A stretch of DNA of 64,000 bases, from contig BROI01000006.1 of the NCBI GenBank assembly GCA_027923505.1, positions 744,001 through 808,000 of the forward strand, in the 5' to 3' direction. The notes under the pieces are model-generated. The model had not been told where the DNA came from. It was given only the letters and a program-made list of their open reading frames with translations, and did no database searches. Source of the stretch: Mayamaea pseudoterrestris. Lineage: Eukaryota. Shown here one piece after another: positions 1-12,020 of this stretch (position 1 is its first letter; the number at the start of each line of letters is the position of its first letter). A program made the translations under genes and the position numbers.

Positions 1-645
1 TAAATTGCGCAATTGTTTTCAGCAAAACTAATTTCAATTCAAAATGACTGTATCAGAGCTAAATGTCTCGGACTAATGTATACTGTTTGAAGGTGGAGTG
101 CTAAAGACTTGATGAATGATCGTCGTTTCAGAGTAGATGAAAGCGCACTGAAGATGGATGATCAACGTCTGTCTCTTTTCTTCGATGAAGCAACGGACTC
201 AAGTCGCGAACCAAGCCACTGCACTTATATTCACCGTAATCCTTGTTCCCGCAGTAGGAGGTTCTCTTGTTACCCTCGAGCTAACCTTGATTGATACGAA
301 CGACACTTGCATGGACAATGAGTGGCGCCATGGTTCTTGCATGCTCGTGTGAACGAACCAAGAGAACCGGCTTGCGCGCCGAGGAACCAATCATAGTCAA
401 GTGACGCGTCGAATAGCTACCCTATGATGCGACCAAGCCAGAAGCGGTGCGTCTCTCTTCGACAGCTCAACATCACAATGCTGATGTACAATCAAGAAAG
501 TATCTAATTGTTATGCGTTACTATGTATTATCTTATTTATCCAGGGTCGGTGGCTGTTCACCATCAAATTGCTGTGTAATCCATTTTTCCAGTTCCATGT
601 CAAGTTCCTTCTGCCAAGCTCATGTTAATATACCATGTCATTGCT

Positions 646-2225
646 CTACTGACGACCATCATCTCCGCGTCGGCCCATGCTCAAGCTGCTGTTGGACCGC
701 ATCAGTCCACGTTGCGAATGCTTGGCTCGCGGCAAGTCGTCGCACTCGTAGTCAGGGTCATTGACGTCGTCATCGAGCGCTTCGACGATTGACTTGACGC
801 CTTGCTGGAAATCGGACTCTGGCAATGGCCAATCGTTGCTGCGAGTGCGACTTGGTGGCTTGAGAACAAGTAAATTATTCTGGCTTTGGTTGCGGTTGAG
901 GGATTGGTTGCTTAGTGGGCTGGTGAAGTATAGACAAAGATTTTCAAATGGGTTAGCGAAAATCTCAGCTACTTTTCATGATAACAAACATTCACAATGT
1001 TCCTACTTGCCAGCATAGACTCGTCGTACCTGCTGTGCCCGTCCTCGCTGACGGTCCGACTTGCCCCATTGCCTTGGTGTTCTTTCGTCGGTTCGACCTC
1101 ATCCTTGTTGCTGCTCTTGGCTTCATCATTGCTGTCCTCGCTCTTGAGCAAGGCTCCAATGCCTGCCATGTCGCCGTTGCTTTCCGAAGGCTTGTGCTGC
1201 GAGGCTCCGATTATAAACTGGGCTGGTTTGGGCATGGTTGACAATGATGACGATGAGGAAACCTCGCGTTGCAAGTTTCCATTTCCGCTTTCTTTACCGC
1301 CTCCGTTGCCATTTCCAGCTCCACTTATATCGCTCTCGCTTTCGAATGGATTCACAAACTCTTCATTCGCCCAGTCTCCGCTGACGCTAATGTCTGACAA
1401 TGCCAGCGAATGTGAGCGAGGCAAGCGCTCAGCTGCGTTGGCTTGCGGCGGCGGCAAGGACAATTGTGGCAAACGCATCAACTCTGATGTTGACGCCGAT
1501 GGAAGCAACGGCGGAGTCTCATCGTTTGGCCGAACGATTGCTCCATTGTGCTCCATGCGGACAAGCTTGACGGGAAGCACTGGTTGCGGTTGAAATGACT
1601 GTGCCTCGCTCATTTCCGCGTCCACATTGGCAATTGCTTCGTTTCCCAAATGCTGCCACAAGGTAGACATGAGCTGTGAAGGAGGCAATACCCCCTTGCG
1701 CTTTGCATTTCCAATGTTACTGCGCTTCTTGCCGCCGGTGCGGTGCTGAACGACTGGCGTACGCTGCAGCTCGGCTCTGATTTTGGGAGCGCCTTCGCGC
1801 AAGGCTTGGGCCGTCTTGGCCAAAATCTTGTCCTTGTCTAGTTCAAACCACCATCCACTGCCGGCGCTCGAAGGATCCTTGTGCAGAAACCGACCAGGTG
1901 GATTCTGACTGTAGACCAAGTCAATGACTTCCTTGGCAACCATTGCCTTGTCTTCCTTCGTCTTGGCCATGGTGTAGGCATTCTTGCGGACGCGCACCCA
2001 CTCGCGGAATCGCGTATTGCCTTCGTGGCTATTGATTGATCCGCCTCTTCCGCTCAACACATCCTGCGGCTGCGGCTGGATGCGGGTCTGAGACGCTCCG
2101 CCGAAGGAGCAAGCGTAGACGGTGCTGGCGCCTGGTACAATTGCTTTCGATGTCATGTTGTTGTTATTGCTGCTGCTAGGGTTGCTGCGCTTTCGATTAT
2201 TTGCTGTTGCTCCAGATGGAGGCAT
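646..2225 (-). CDS. DUF6824-domain protein (diatom-expanded family); 2 exons join(1030..2225, 646..919)
   Basis: Motif DVLSGRGG..N.HEGN.RFR..V......Y..A.TK.DK..VA.EVI..V....PPGRFL....W.EL......KTAQALRE typical of DUF6824. Predicted intron 920..1029 (AG|GTACGA ... CTAAC ... CACCAG|) restores an open frame to TAG at 646-648. Confidence 0.8.
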
Positions 2226-3160
2226 AATATTTTATGAGATGAGTGTAAGGATATAATTTCGATCGATCGATTGGCTTTCTTGCTGAATCGACTGCAGTAA
2301 GGTGGTATGCAAGGTTGACTCGAGTCGATGCGCTGTTCCGGCTGATGGCAGGTTTCGCTTCGAATGAGCGAGAGCGCCCGACACGTGCTCGCGAACGAAC
2401 GTTCGAAGTGATTCGCCGCGAACGCCATTTTACTCTCCGGCGTTCGATATGACTCGCACCCTAATACTTTGATGACACGGTTTCGAGGTCATTCGAACCT
2501 CAGAGAGTCACGGAGAAAGAGAACGACCATGTTCGCATCGGCATATTCCTTCAATCGACGCGTGGAGAGCCATGTCAAGGTTCGTCGTTTGTCTTGAAAC
2601 GTCGCCCTTGGTGGCAAAAAGCAGCTGCGCGGCGTCAGCAAGCAAGCAATGCGCTGGTGCTTGTGGGAGCGTAGCTGAATGAATGCGACAAGTTATGGGT
2701 AGACATTGCATGCAGCGTCGCATCGATCCCGGTAGCACATGTTAGCTACTGTAAGCAATTTTAAGCAGGAAGGGTTGCCACATAATCTCCATGAACAGCA
2801 TGGAAACTGCCCGTACAATCTGAAAGTTGATAAGCATGCCATTAGGCTACAATGCTACACTAATGCATAAGGCTCTCAACTATAGTAATTTTTTAATGTT
2901 ATTGTATGTATCATACAAAGCATACAGACTTACCCCGCTGCTGCATACACGTCGTATGATACCGGTCGAATGAGCTACGTACGTAGTCAAGACCGTACCG
3001 GTACTCAAGTTCTTCCTGACTACCGGTAAGACTTGTTTGCGATACTGCTCGCCGAACCAGTTCAACGTTCACACGTTTCCTCTCGATCGACCATGGGAGA
3101 TTCGCCTCTTGTACGATCAAACGAATTTAGGTTAGGCTACTGAAACATCCAGATAGAGCC

Positions 3161-4614
3161 ATGTCATCGGCAAGCGTCCCAGGTAGACTCAATGGATTCT
3201 CGAGGCCATATTCTCCAGCACAAATAGCTGCTTGGACGGCGTTAATCGTCACATCGTTGGAATTTGTCATGATCATTTCGCCCATTCTACCAGTGGCGGC
3301 TTCGGTCATCATTACACTCATGTACATGAGTGTGGTGGGGCTAGTGATCTACTATGGAGGACAGACGCAAATTGTGGATCCCATGGATCCTTATCTAGCA
3401 AAATTCTTGCAGGAGACGAGGCCGCCATCCACTACCAAACTCTATCGCTACTTTAATCCATTACCACCGACGGAACCACAGCAGCCTTCCAACGTTGAGG
3501 AACAAGCAATCGACAATGAAGAGTCACTAAAGCAGTGCTGGCTGTGTGATTTGCAGGTCAAGACCAAGTCAATGCACTGCAAGTTTTGCAACAAGTGCAT
3601 TGATGAATTCGACCACCATTGCATGTGTAAGTGATGCATGCCTATCGTCGAAGTTTGATTCAGAGTGCGATGGTGCCATGAATTTTGCGAATATCTTGTC
3701 TTACCTTTCTATGCAATTGCTAAACAGGGCTAAACACTTGCATTGGCAAACCCAACTACCACTTGTTCTATCGAACAATGCTGGCACTCTTGCTGATGCT
3801 GTGCATGCACTTTGTCATTTCCGTGGCAGTTGTTAGCGCCAGTGCCAATGTCAATGGAGCAACACGCTTGAGAATGCAAGCGTGGGGCAATCCAAACTTG
3901 GCGGGGTCGCCCGTGCCAGGCATTCGAACCATTTTGATATTTTTCATCATTTTCGACGCTGGTTCACTCATTCTGCTGTCGCAACTAGTGTGGTTTCACA
4001 TTGGTTTGCAAAAGAAGGGACTGTCGACCTATGAGTACATTATACATAACATGGATGTTAAGAGGGAACGAGCGCGACGCGACGCTGACATTACCAGTCT
4101 GCGCATCCGACAAGTCAACGAGGCCAAGCGAGATGGTCGCAATCTACATGCCACACGACTTATTCTTGGTGGATTTTGTCGGCAGCGCTTGGGTTGTGCG
4201 GCTTGCGATCCGTTGGAGCTGCCTCTGCAAAGCGAGGTGAATGGAAAGGCTCCGGCGGAGCAGGGGTTTGCATTGGCACTGGGATCTGGTCACGTTGATG
4301 AGGACGATAGTATTGACAATTATGTTTCGGAGGAGGTGGAAATCGATACTGAGCTGCCGGAACATGAAGCAGGAGTGACGTTTATCCAGGTTGGGAATGG
4401 GAATATGAATGTACCAAATAACACTGGCCGAGCAGACGAGCCGCGGGTTGAACAAGACTATGGTGCGGCAGCAACTACGTCAGTTTCTCCCGCGAATGTT
4501 CAGACGGCAAAGCATCTGCCGGAAACTTTCAATGAAAACGACAAGAGTTTTGCATCAACCGTCGAGGACGATGATGCACCCAGCGACGAAGACTCGCTTT
4601 TGAATTTGCCTTGA
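3161..4614 (+). CDS. DHHC-type protein S-acyltransferase (palmitoyltransferase); join(3161..3626, 3728..4614)
   Basis: CWLC...KSMHCKFCNKCIDEFDHHCM, then intron 3627..3727 (GTAAGT...AACAG). Splicing gives the canonical DHHC-M-WLNTCIG-NY. Flanking TM helices and an STYEYI (TTxE-like) motif are present. Confidence 0.93.
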
Positions 4615-5043
4615 GGACCGGTAGTTAGATGTTTGATGGAAGCCAACTGATCTTGATCAGGCGGTAATAAAGTTAGGTTATATACTCGTTCAGTAAATTA
4701 TTATGTACTGCCTTCGCTTGTTACCTTTACTGCGTGCTGTGTGCCGAGTTTTTTGTCATGGCCATGGTTTTGGCAGACGAGTTCGTCACGACTCAACTTT
4801 TTGGGGTTCGCGTCTTTCGATACATACTTCGCTGCGGATGCAGCTGTGTATCACTGGAAGTTTGGTTGCATAGCAAAGCAGCGAGCCATCTATGAGGCTG
4901 ATGTCTAGGACATTGGCTATGTATGTAGCTACCGGTAGTATTAAATGACTTTGTCGTAACGTGTCTCGTTGCGACACGATATCCACTGACATCAACGCGA
5001 TCACGACGAACGCTCCGCACGAGAAACTGCCATTGGTTCGACC

Positions 5044-6336
5044 ATGATGGCTATTGGAGCAGCAAGGTCCAGAGTCGTTCTTGTCATTCACCATTTTCTC
5101 ATCATTATGCTTGCACTCCGATCCTCCGCAGCCACAAGTAGTATATCGTCGTCGATACGAAGCAGACGGCGAGCCTTTGCCTTGACGCAGCAACACTTCT
5201 TTTGGAGCACTGTTCGCGGAGGCAGCGCCGAACCAGATCAAACAAACTTGGATGTATCGGTTGGACGAAAACCTATTCAAGAGACTCTCATATATCCAGT
5301 ATCTGTCTGCTCTGTGAGAGGCTTACGTGACTACATGGAAGATGATTTCTTTGTGGCAAGCGATTTTGCCGCCGTCTTTGATGGTCATGGTGGCGAAGCT
5401 GTCAGCAAGTATCTAAGACAAAACTTGTATGCATCCATGCAAGCGTGTTTGCCTTCTTCAGTCAAAAAGAGCTCTAGCAGCAGTGGAGGAAGTTTGGATC
5501 CAAAGTCGCTGGATGTGCTTGCAGATTCACTGACCACCAATGAATCGACTGCAGCAGCAGCAGCAGCTTCGCCTGTGACTTTAAAAGACTACGAAAAGGC
5601 TCTTGTTCGTGCACTCAACAAAGTTGATCGCCAGGTGCTGCGGATATCTCATTGGTCTTTCCAAGGCTCGACGGCTGTGGCGTGTTGGATATTACCGTTG
5701 GACCTTGTGGATGAGAAGGGCGACAATGAGGAGGAAGATTTGCAATCCGAGGATCCTAGGACGGACGCATCCAGTCAGACTGACAATGACGCAACTACAT
5801 CAACCCAGCAACGATTACCATCGCGTCGCACACATACACTCTTGACGGCAAACATCGGAGACTCTCGGGCCGTCTTGTCTCGCAACAAGACATCCATCAT
5901 TGAACTAACACGAGACCATAAACCAAACGATCCCTTGGAGCAGCAACGGATTGAGCGCGTCGGCGGCACGATTGTCTGGCACGGCAGCATTGACCGACAC
6001 GGCAACCCGGTTCCGGGGACTGGAGTGTGGAGAGTCAATGGTAACCTGGCACTGGCGCGAGCGATTGGTGACCGATCCGAGCGTCCAGCCGTAACGAGCG
6101 AGCCAGAGTTGAGCATTATTCAATTATCCAAGGATGACGATTTTGTCATTATTGCAACGGATGGACTCTGGGATGTCATGTCCAGCTGCGACTGTGTTGC
6201 ATTTGTTCATGCTTTGATTGAAGAGGCTGAGGAAATGGGTCCTGTTGACTATGACGCCATTGCAATCATGCTTGTTGAGGAGGCTCTGCGGAGAGGCAGT
6301 TATGACAATATTACAGTCGTAATGATGTGGCTGTAA
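5044..6336 (+). CDS. PP2C/PPM-family protein phosphatase with N-terminal leader
   Basis: RDYMED, AVFDGHGG, GSTA, ANIGDSRAV, LTRDHKP, LALARAIGD, IIATDGLWDV and RGSYDNITV motifs. Confidence 0.93.
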   Translation: MMAIGAARSRVVLVIHHFLIIMLALRSSAATSSISSSIRSRRRAFALTQQHFFWSTVRGGSAEPDQTNLDVSVGRKPIQETLIYPVSVCSVRGLRDYMEDDFFVASDFAAVFDGHGGEAVSKYLRQNLYASMQACLPSSVKKSSSSSGGSLDPKSLDVLADSLTTNESTAAAAAASPVTLKDYEKALVRALNKVDRQVLRISHWSFQGSTAVACWILPLDLVDEKGDNEEEDLQSEDPRTDASSQTDNDATTSTQQRLPSRRTHTLLTANIGDSRAVLSRNKTSIIELTRDHKPNDPLEQQRIERVGGTIVWHGSIDRHGNPVPGTGVWRVNGNLALARAIGDRSERPAVTSEPELSIIQLSKDDDFVIIATDGLWDVMSSCDCVAFVHALIEEAEEMGPVDYDAIAIMLVEEALRRGSYDNITVVMMWL

Positions 6337-6602
6337 GGTCAGGGAAAGTCACTCGTAGAGGGAGACTCGACCACAATTGCGCCACCGCTGTGATTGTCGT
6401 GTCAGTAAGGACATGGTAGCTGTCAGCCTGACCGCGCTCAATTACTTTCGCTAATAAGTATACGTAACGCAAATAATGACAAATAAAATTAGACCTTGTA
6501 CTATAAGGTGATATACATGAATAGAATGTATGCTATCCTCGCTCAAGCAGACCTGCGCTTCGTCAGCGCCCTTGGAAACACCCTCATCCGCAAACTGTCA
6601 TT

Positions 6603-8025
6603 CTACTGCTTCGCCTTGGCCGTCGTTGTCTTCTTCTTGGGTGACGCAGCAGCCTTCTTGGTCACAGAAGGTTTGGCCTTCTTCGCAACAGTCGCCTTTT
6701 TGGCAGCCGGCTTCTTGGCAGACGCTTTCTTGGCCAAAGCAGGCTTCTTGGCAGCAGATTTCGCGATGACGGTTTTGGCGGCCTTTGGAGCAGTCGCCTT
6801 CTTCGTCGCCGTGGTCGACTTCTTCACAGTCGTCTGCACATAAGAGACATTTTAATTGTATATTATGGTGAGAGACATTTATTGACAGTTTAAATTGCTG
6901 GTGGATGTCGACGTAGACGCACCTTCTTCTCCGCAGCAGCAGGCGCCTGAAGAATAGCAAGGCAAGCGGTCGAGAAGTCAGTTACTCCGTAAACGAACGA
7001 TAGAGCATCAACTATATAAAACATCACTGGTAATTACCTTCTTCTTCGGCGCCGCCTTCTTCAAAGTCTCCGTGGCCTTCTTGGGAGCAGCGGGCTTGGC
7101 CTTCTTCGCGTCCGCGGAAAGCTTGTACGAGTTCTTGTTCGGGACCAGGACGCCGTCCGCAACTCCCTTCTTCAGAGCCGCCTTGAGAATATGTTTCTTG
7201 ATTTCGACCTGTTAGTAAAAGAGGGAAATGGTACTTGGGTGAGAGGAAACCCAAGAAAATTAAACGAAAATGACCTTGAGCACGCGAGTTGAGGTTCGCA
7301 GGACAGCCGCCAAAGGTTGACAAAGGGAGAAACGAAGAATTGGCGGAGAACAGCAAGCATTTTTACGATCTTTCACGTGAGCATCATCCCTTGTACATAT
7401 AGGCGGAGGATAGAAGCAAAGAAGAAGCGCAAGGAGCGCTTGAAACGAGTTTTGTCTCGCCTCACAATTTGACGATGCGGATTCGCGCGTAAAATTCGCT
7501 TGCATCGGAAGCCAGCTGTAGCACGGGACCAAACACTTTTCCGTCAACGATACCTTGTAATATGATACTCAAACTCATTGTTAATTCGATTCATCAAAGA
7601 AACCATGGATTGGACAATGCGATGACGAGATATGAGGCTTCAAAGTCTGCCTGTGGAAAATCTACGCATGCAGTAGGGTGGAAAAGTGCCTCGCCAGCAA
7701 GATGACCCGTTTCGCGGGAGCAAACGAGTTTCACGCCATAAAACTCCGGAGTATAATACTTTGTCAAGTTTTTGATCGAAGGCTTTGAAACAAAATCATC
7801 AAGTGCTCGCGATCAAGAGTTATGCGTCGTCATCTGCAGGGGGTCGACCGATTTTTGCACCAAAAAACACCTGTCGCCGCTCGACGACCCGTCGTGCGAA
7901 CACTCAAGCTCTCGGCAACCCACCTTTTTCTCCATTTCAATGTACTTGCTAATCGCAAAGTTGGAGGATCCAGTGCGATCCTTAAGAGCGAGAATCGCTT
8001 CCTTGACGAGTTGAATGGTGGCCAT
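6603..8025 (-). CDS. Linker histone H1; 4 exons join(7924..8025, 7038..7208, 6923..6946, 6603..6833)
   Basis: Globular H15 start (LVKEAILALKDRTGSSNFAISKYIE), exon 2 (KHILKAALKKGVADGVLVPNKNSYKL) and a K/A/P-rich tail. All three predicted introns are GT-AG and phase 0. The 24-nt exon 3 is inferred from its flanking TTCAG| and |GTGCGT sites. Confidence 0.9.
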
Positions 8026-8249
8026 GGTTGATGATAGAGAGGAGACGAGTCGTTGCGTTGAAATTTGATTGTGCGAGTCGAACGAGTTGTCGTCGCTCCC
8101 GATTCTTCGAGCACGCCGGCCGCGCCTGTTTTCATGATTTCATGACATTTGTACCAGTGTCGTTCAAAAAGTAGACCAAAAGCTATGGGAAATGAATTGC
8201 AGTTTCCTCTTAGTCAAGCCTATACAAGATCATCTACAGTTATTAACGC

Positions 8250-9793
8250 TCACACGTCGGTCAAAGCCGCGACACCTGGTAGCTCCTTGCCTTCCAATAG
8301 CTCCAAGCTAGCGCCGCCTCCAGTAGATATATGCGAGACCTTGTCGCCTAAGCCAGCCTTGTTCACAGCAGCAACCGAGTCGCCACCCCCAATAATTGTA
8401 ATAGCGCCTCGTTGAGAGGTTGCATCAGCTAGCATTTGTGCAATGGAGTTTGTGCCTTCGGCAAAGTTCGAGAGTTCAAAGACTCCCATGGGGCTGTGTG
8501 GACGAAATATGCGTGAGGACAGCGCAAATTGGCAACATCCGTCTATTACAACCAGAGCACTTACCCGTTCCAAATGATTGTGTTTGCTTGCTCAATTTCT
8601 TTTCGGAAAGCTTCGATTGTATCGGGACCAATGTCTAGGCCGAGCCAGTCACCAGAAATGTCAGTCACTTTGGCAATAGCCGTGTTGGCATCGTTGTCGA
8701 ACTTATCGGCCAAGACCACGTCCGTCGGTAGCAACAGTTTGACGCCCTTTGCTTCGGCCTGCTTCATGAGCGCGGCTGCTGTTTCTACCAAGTCTTCCTC
8801 CAACAAGGATGCTCCAACGTCATAACCAAGAGCCTTGTAAAACGTAAAGATCATGCCTCCGCCAATGAGGACAACATCACACTTTTCAAGCAATGATTCA
8901 ATCACCGGAATCTTGGTGGAAACCTTGGCACCCCCGACAATGGCCATCATGGGTCGCTTCGGCTCATCGACGGCACCCTGCAAGTACTGAAGCTCCTTCT
9001 CCATGAGATATCCAGCGGCCGACAGTTTTGTGAGTTGAGCAACTCCAGCGGTCGATGAGTGCGCGCGATGCGATGTGCCAAATGCATCCTAATTTGTTCG
9101 AGAATTAATGCGGACGTTAGAGCTATGAGTAAGAACCAGTGATCGGCAATGCTGCGCTATAACTTACCATGACAAAGTAGTCTGCCAATTTGGCCAACCC
9201 TTGGCTCAATGTGGCATCGTTTTTGGTTTCTCCGGCGTAGAAGCGAGTATTTTCAAGAAGCATGACTTGACCTTCCGTCAGTTTAGATGCAGCTTCCTCC
9301 ACTTCTGGTCCAATGCAATCGTTAACTTTGAGAATGCTTGTTCCAAGGAGCGCTTCGAGTGGTTTGACGATTGGGTTGAGGCGACCATTTTTACCAGTCT
9401 CGATAATTTCGCCCTTGGGTCGTCCAAAGTGCGAGCAGAGAATAGGGTTGGCGCCTTTCTCCAATAGAAACTTGGTTGTTGGAACGACGGCTCGTAGGCG
9501 AGTGTCGTCGGTAACAGTCACGTCGTCCTGCCGGAAGATTATGTCGGCGACGTAAGATGATGCCACCGGGATCAGGTCCAAACAAAACAGCAGCTACACG
9601 TTCTTACCTTAGCCAGAGGTACGTTCAAATCGACTCTGACCAGAACATTCTTCCCTCGCAGGTCAACCTTCTCGGCCAAGCCTTCGACGTTTAGCTTGGC
9701 CAAATCAATGGCCGATGCATGAAAGAGTCGTTGCGAGCATCGACTAGAATCGATGGCGCGCGATAAGAAGCTGCTGGTCGTCCTCAAGAACAT
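8250..9793 (-). CDS. PGK: Phosphoglycerate kinase, probably the mitochondrial isoform; join(9608..9793, 9168..9527, 8565..9088, 8250..8493)
   Basis: [57 protein letters not shown] and [15 protein letters not shown]. Three GT-AG introns restore the frame. R/S-rich N-terminal presequence ([12 protein letters not shown]...RLFHAS). Confidence 0.96.
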
Positions 9794-10053
9794 TTTGCTA
9801 CACAGTGCCAATGCTTTCCAGTTGTCGTTGTTGCGACAGGGCGCAAGAAATGGCCGTGGTGCGAATGGAAGGAACGCAAAATGACAGGCCTTCCGTCATG
9901 GTCGAGGGCGAAGCAAGTGACGCACGCGCGTGACGTGGCAAAGCACAAGCACCGAATGATGGTCATCAGTTTGAGTTGTTGTGACTCACAAGTTCGTCGT
10001 CCATTATTTCTTGGATCGACGACAAGATTTCGACCATGATCATGCGGACCCAG

Positions 10054-10959
10054 ATGAAATCTATACTGCTACTTTTCTCACTATATGTCTCATCGACTAA
10101 TGGATTTGTTACGCCGTCGCCAGAAATGTCGCTTGTGGCCAGACATTCCATGAGAAGCTTCGACGCAACTCCTTCCAACAATCGCCGCAACAGAGCTACT
10201 TCTAAATCCTTGGCGGCAACGCTGAAACCAAATCAAGATGACGAATCGCCATCGGTGGCCATTAATCCGTTGTTTGCAACAGTCTGGTTGGGCCTTGTGG
10301 CGTGGTCTTTCACAGTTGCACCTGGGTCGATTGGATCGCCGCAGGATAATGCCATGATACAAGCCATCATCGCTAATCCAGTTTCGCCTGGTATCAATGA
10401 GCTCTACTACACTTTCTTCAACTGTTTCGCAACGATACCAGTCATTTTGGCTTCCATTGCCCTTCCGCAGGGCCAGCGAAAGGGACTGCCGGCGGCGCCG
10501 TTTCTTATCCTGAGCGCCTTTCTCGGATATTTTGCGGCGGGTCCATATCTTGCGCTCCGCGCCAAGCCACGCACCAGTCTTGATGGCGAAATTGTCGGGG
10601 GTTTTACTCGCAACGTGTTGGAAAACAAAGCATTTAGCTGGTTTATTCTGGCATTCACGCTCTATCTGCCAGTGACGGCGCAAGTGTTTCCGGCCTTTCA
10701 GCAAGATCCTTCGGCTCTTTGGAATGGTTTTGTTGAACTGGTCTCTACGAGTCGATTCGCTGCTGTCAGCATGGTTGACATTACCATTTTGTATTTGAGC
10801 GCTGTCGCATTGACGCCGCAGGATTACCAATTGCGCCGACCAAATGCTAGTGACCAAGAGGCGATGAACGTGGCATTGGCGACTGCCGTCCTGCCGATCC
10901 TAGGCAGCGCCCTGTATTGCGCACTGCGGCCAGCATTGCCAGAGACTGATAATGAGTAG
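10054..10959 (+). CDS. Plastid-targeted multi-pass membrane protein, DUF2834-like
   Basis: Signal peptide ending TNG-FVTP (ASAFAP-like) plus an S/R-rich transit peptide. PF...S.FLG.FA.GPYLALR, SRF..VS.VD and LP.LG.ALY...RP motifs resemble DUF2834 proteins of cyanobacteria and plastids. The start could be at 10036. Confidence 0.7.
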   Translation: MKSILLLFSLYVSSTNGFVTPSPEMSLVARHSMRSFDATPSNNRRNRATSKSLAATLKPNQDDESPSVAINPLFATVWLGLVAWSFTVAPGSIGSPQDNAMIQAIIANPVSPGINELYYTFFNCFATIPVILASIALPQGQRKGLPAAPFLILSAFLGYFAAGPYLALRAKPRTSLDGEIVGGFTRNVLENKAFSWFILAFTLYLPVTAQVFPAFQQDPSALWNGFVELVSTSRFAAVSMVDITILYLSAVALTPQDYQLRRPNASDQEAMNVALATAVLPILGSALYCALRPALPETDNE

Positions 10960-11174
10960 AGATTTAAGCAGTTTTAATTATTATTATACGATCACGCATA
11001 CTGTTCCAAGCTGCGTGTCATGGTCAAGCAAGTGCCAATCTTTCTGCAAGGTGAGCTCAGTAGCTAATTGATAAACGAGAACAAACCGTTCCGACGTTGC
11101 AAGACAATCAGCAAGTAGTTTTTTACAAAGCAGGCTAAATAGTATTCTTTAATCTAGAATGCATCAATCGCTAC

Positions 11175-11423
11175 TTAGTCAACCTTCTTTCGGTAGCTGC
11201 ATCCCTCTGTCAGTCGGGCCTTTCCGCCGGTTGGCTCGCATAAATGAATATTGCAGTTACCGCACATGACAACCGTCTGTGCGTGAGAAAAGACAGTGGT
11301 AATTTGAAAGCAGCCAGGGCATTTAATGTCCATGAAATACGAGTTTGGGGATTGCACCAACCGCTTCAATTTGTGGGTGTGGAGCTCCAACTCTGGACTG
11401 GGGTGGAGTAGATCGTGCGGCAT
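11175..11423 (-). CDS. RPS27: 40S ribosomal protein S27 (eS27)
   Basis: DLLHP...[22 protein letters not shown]...[13 protein letters not shown]...[19 protein letters not shown]. Confidence 0.98.
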   Translation of the reverse strand: MPHDLLHPSPELELHTHKLKRLVQSPNSYFMDIKCPGCFQITTVFSHAQTVVMCGNCNIHLCEPTGGKARLTEGCSYRKKVD

Positions 11424-12020
11424 GATGTTAATATTTTAAAGTCTGATAAAGGGGGAAGGAATAATTAAGCATGAGTATTCGCTTTATTGTTCACAGAATG
11501 ATCATCTAGGAATCGTTTGCAACATAAAGCCTGGTCACGGAGGAGGGACACTGGCGCGGCAGCGCGGAGTGATTGATAAAAATACATTTCGAGCCTCCTT
11601 GCTCTACCGCGCCTGCATCATTTATTTTCGCTGAACTAGCGACAGCTATTAACATGGCCAACCTACAGAGTTGAAAGACAGGGATTACGTACAAGGACAA
11701 AGAACAGACGCGACTGATGTGAATGGAGCGAGGAGCTGAGCCGCGCCGCGCGCGGTGTGAAGCAGTTTAGTAAGGCGGTAAGCTCGAACCCGGTACGACA
11801 TGGAGCTATCTGGCTGTGACGGTAAAAGGAACGAAGCGTTTACTGTTGAATAGCAAACGTATGATGCAAACGCAATTTCTTAAAGACTTTTATACTCTAG
11901 GAGTGATATTAGCAATACGGGATTGAGCGTCGATGACAGCGCTTACGTACGAATGTTAGCGGTTCAAGTACAGTACAGTACTACTGAACGTTCGAGCAGT
12001 GTAAATCGGCAAGTTCATTG

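Noticed and set aside
109..640. Short ORFs at the window start
   Set aside because: Short, overlapping on both strands and without motifs. Likely intergenic or 3'UTR sequence.
10090..10857. 255-aa minus-strand ORF
   Set aside because: Antisense to the DUF2834-like gene, which has a coherent targeting leader and TM pattern.
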